DNA of 63,998 bases, the filler included, from Reclinomonas americana ATCC 50394 (taxonomy: Eukaryota), in the NCBI GenBank assembly GCA_048213135.1. It is 9 parts of 4 records of this genome, joined end to end, with 100 filler letters (N's around TTAATTAATTAA, not from the genome) between each part and the next. Parts side by side here need not be neighbours in the genome. Positions count along the whole stretch, not along the records: positions 60,485 to 63,998 come from PS015121.1; 8 more parts are not named here. One strand, given 5' to 3'. Of this stretch, positions 61,693 through 63,998 are shown in pieces. Under the pieces are notes generated by a model, which worked only from the letters and a program-made list of their open reading frames with translations, made no database searches and had not been told where the DNA came from. How positions within the stretch are numbered: position 1 is the stretch's first letter; every line of letters begins with the position of its first letter. Made by a program: the position numbers and the translations under genes.

Positions 61693-63376
61693 ATGCACCG
61701 CTGACCCGAACCAGAAGCGGTGAGCTCGTGTTTTTCGACTCGATGTGTGATTCTTCTTGCAGCGGGGCTGACCCGCCCCCCCTTTCCCTTCTTTTCCCGG
61801 GTTGTGCAGGTGGATGCCGCTGCCGTTCCCCGACACGCCCGGTGTCAATTTTGTCGACGGCCTGGTGACGTACGGCGGCGCCGGCAGTGCGGAGAGCAAG
61901 ACCGGCTTTGCAGTGCATCTGTACTCGTGCAACAAGTCCATGGGCGACTCGTGCCTCAACAACTCGGACGGCGACATGATGATTGGTGAGTTAAAGGGGG
62001 CCAGTGTATGTACGTACGTGTGAGTGGTTGAGTGTGTTTGAATGTGAAGGTGTTCGTGCATGTGTGGCGGTGTGCACGATTGCGTGTGTGCATGTGTGCG
62101 TGGGGACGTGTCGTTGTTTTGTGCTACACTCTCTCAACTCGTGCTTCGCCTCCATGCAGTCCCGCAAGCCGGTGCGCTCGATGTCATCACCGAGTGCGGC
62201 CGGATGCGCGTGTCGCCGGACGAGATTTGCGTGGTGCAGCGTGGCATCCGCTTCGCCGTCAACCTGGTGGACGAGACGCAGCCGGCGCGCGGCTATGTGT
62301 GCGAGATTTTCGAGGGCCACTTCCGCATCCCCGACCTGGGACCCATTGGTGCGTGGGGCACGCTTCGGCTCTTCTTTCCCGTGTATAGCGTGTATTCTCA
62401 TTGCCCTCCTTCCCGCATGCACAGGTGCCAACGGCCTGGCGCAGCCGCGCGATTTCCGCACGCCGGTGGCGTGGTTCGAGGACCGTGACGAGGATGTGCA
62501 GTTCATTCTGTACCAGAAGTTTGGCGGTCTCATGTTCACCGCGACCTACGCCTGGTCGCCCTTCAACGTGGTGGCGTGGACGGGCAACTACGCACCCTAC
62601 AAGTACAACCTGCGCGACTTTGTCACCGTGAATACCGTGTCCGTCGATCACATGGTGTGTGTGTGGCCTCCACGGGTCATGCGTGGCACGCACTTCTCTG
62701 ACTCGCCTCTACACGCAGGATCCGTCCATCTTCACGGTGCTGACGGCGCCGACCCCGAATCCGGGCGTGGCGTGCATCGATTTTGTCATCTTCCCGCCGC
62801 GATGGAGCGTGGCCGAGCGCACCTTCCGACCGCCGTACTTCCACCGCAACTGCATGACCGAGTTCATGGGCCTCATCCAGGGCATCTACGAGGCCAAGGA
62901 GAAGGTGTGCTCTCTTGTGCCACAAGGCAAAATGGTTTATGCGAGTCTCACCTCCCTGCGACAGGGCTTCTTGCCGGGTGGCGGCACTCTGCACAGCTGC
63001 ATGACGGCGCACGGACCGGAGACCGAGGTGTTTGAAAAGTGGACGGTGATGCCCGACGGGCCGATGCGCGTGGCCGAAGGGTCGATGGCGTTCATGTTTG
63101 GTGAGTTTCCTCGCTGTTGTAATCCTACTGTTTCATCCTGCGTGTTGACCGTGCCTTTGATGCCAACAGAGAGCACGTACATTATGCGGGTGCGTACAAG
63201 TCGTCGCTGACTGCCTCCCCCTCTGTGATTCGTTTCACTAAAGTTACGCGTCGTGTGCGTGCCAACCACAGCTTACACCGTTTGCGATGGAGAGCGAGCT
63301 GGTCGACGACGAGTACTTCCGCTGCTGGCAGGGCATGAAGAAGCGCTTCGACCCGGAGCGGCCAGAAGCTCACTGA
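61693..63376 (+). CDS. HGD: Homogentisate 1,2-dioxygenase, remaining exons including a 20-nt micro-exon (63170-63189)
   Basis: [109 protein letters not shown]. Stop at 63374-63376. Confidence 0.97.
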
Positions 63377-63902
63377 GCGTTCTTCTGTCTTCTTTTTCTC
63401 CTCAGCATGTTTTTTTTGAGTGATTATTCATCTGCCGTGCGCCCGATTGTTGATGTCCTCGTGAGACGTGGAAGTGAAAGCACGGCGGATGTGGTAACAA
63501 TTTTTTGCTGATCTACATTTTCAGATGGAGAAGGAAAAAAGAGGCGGATATGGAGGAAGAAGAAGAGAGGGGGGCCTCGGAGGCCACCACTCAAGTCGCA
63601 ACGAAACGTTGACAACGAGGGCAACAAACGAGCAAAAGAAAAGCAACTAGGGCCAGCGACGACGCGAAACGCGCAAACACAACGACAAGTCCGCGGGTAG
63701 AGAACGTGAAAAGGCTGCGAGGCCGACAGCAGTAGGAAGCAGAACGCGAGTGCAGGCAATGATAACGCAAAACATGAGAGCAAAACGATGAGGGCACTGC
63801 ATGTGATTGCAGGGGAGAAATGCGAAAACAAAAGAAAGACAAGGAAAAAAAGGGGGGGGGGGCGTTGCGGGAGAGGTGAGGGTGGGCAAAATGAAGTAGA
63901 CG

Positions 63903-63905
<3 letters not shown>

Positions 63906-63998
<93 letters not shown>
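63906..63998. repeat. (CA)n microsatellite running to the window end
   Basis: Directly visible. Confidence 0.97.

Overview
Gene-dense, intron-rich, GC-rich eukaryotic scaffold. It is probably from a flagellated unicellular protist (it carries a FOR20/CEP20 homolog), but the lineage cannot be fixed from sequence alone. Contigs are joined by eight artificial 100-nt spacers (44N-TTAATTAATTAA-44N) plus ordinary N gaps. About 20 spliced genes can be reconstructed by eye. In order: a giant NACHT-pentapeptide-WD40 NLR-like gene, a hypothetical gene, SRP9, a degenerate mitochondrial cyclophilin, an acylated TOG/CLASP protein, an SGNH hydrolase, a five-bromodomain protein, HYPK, lysA, DNA polymerase alpha, an RNI-like LRR protein, a multi-TM protein, CAF-1 subunit B, a >10 kb cadherin-repeat/REJ/GPS/5-TM polycystin-1-like gene, FOR20, a degenerate kinesin, a phage-tail-fibre-like protein, and homogentisate dioxygenase, whose 5' part lies in inverted orientation. 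The main points of interest are the cadherin-polycystin receptor, the Mortierella/Mycoavidus-type NLR with an embedded GTPase-like segment, loss of the Pol alpha C-terminal metal-binding cysteines, a family of U-inserted splice donors (GTTGCG/GTTTGC), and 13 consecutive genes on strictly alternating strands. All family calls come from motif recognition, with no database searches. CDS coordinates are gene spans including introns.
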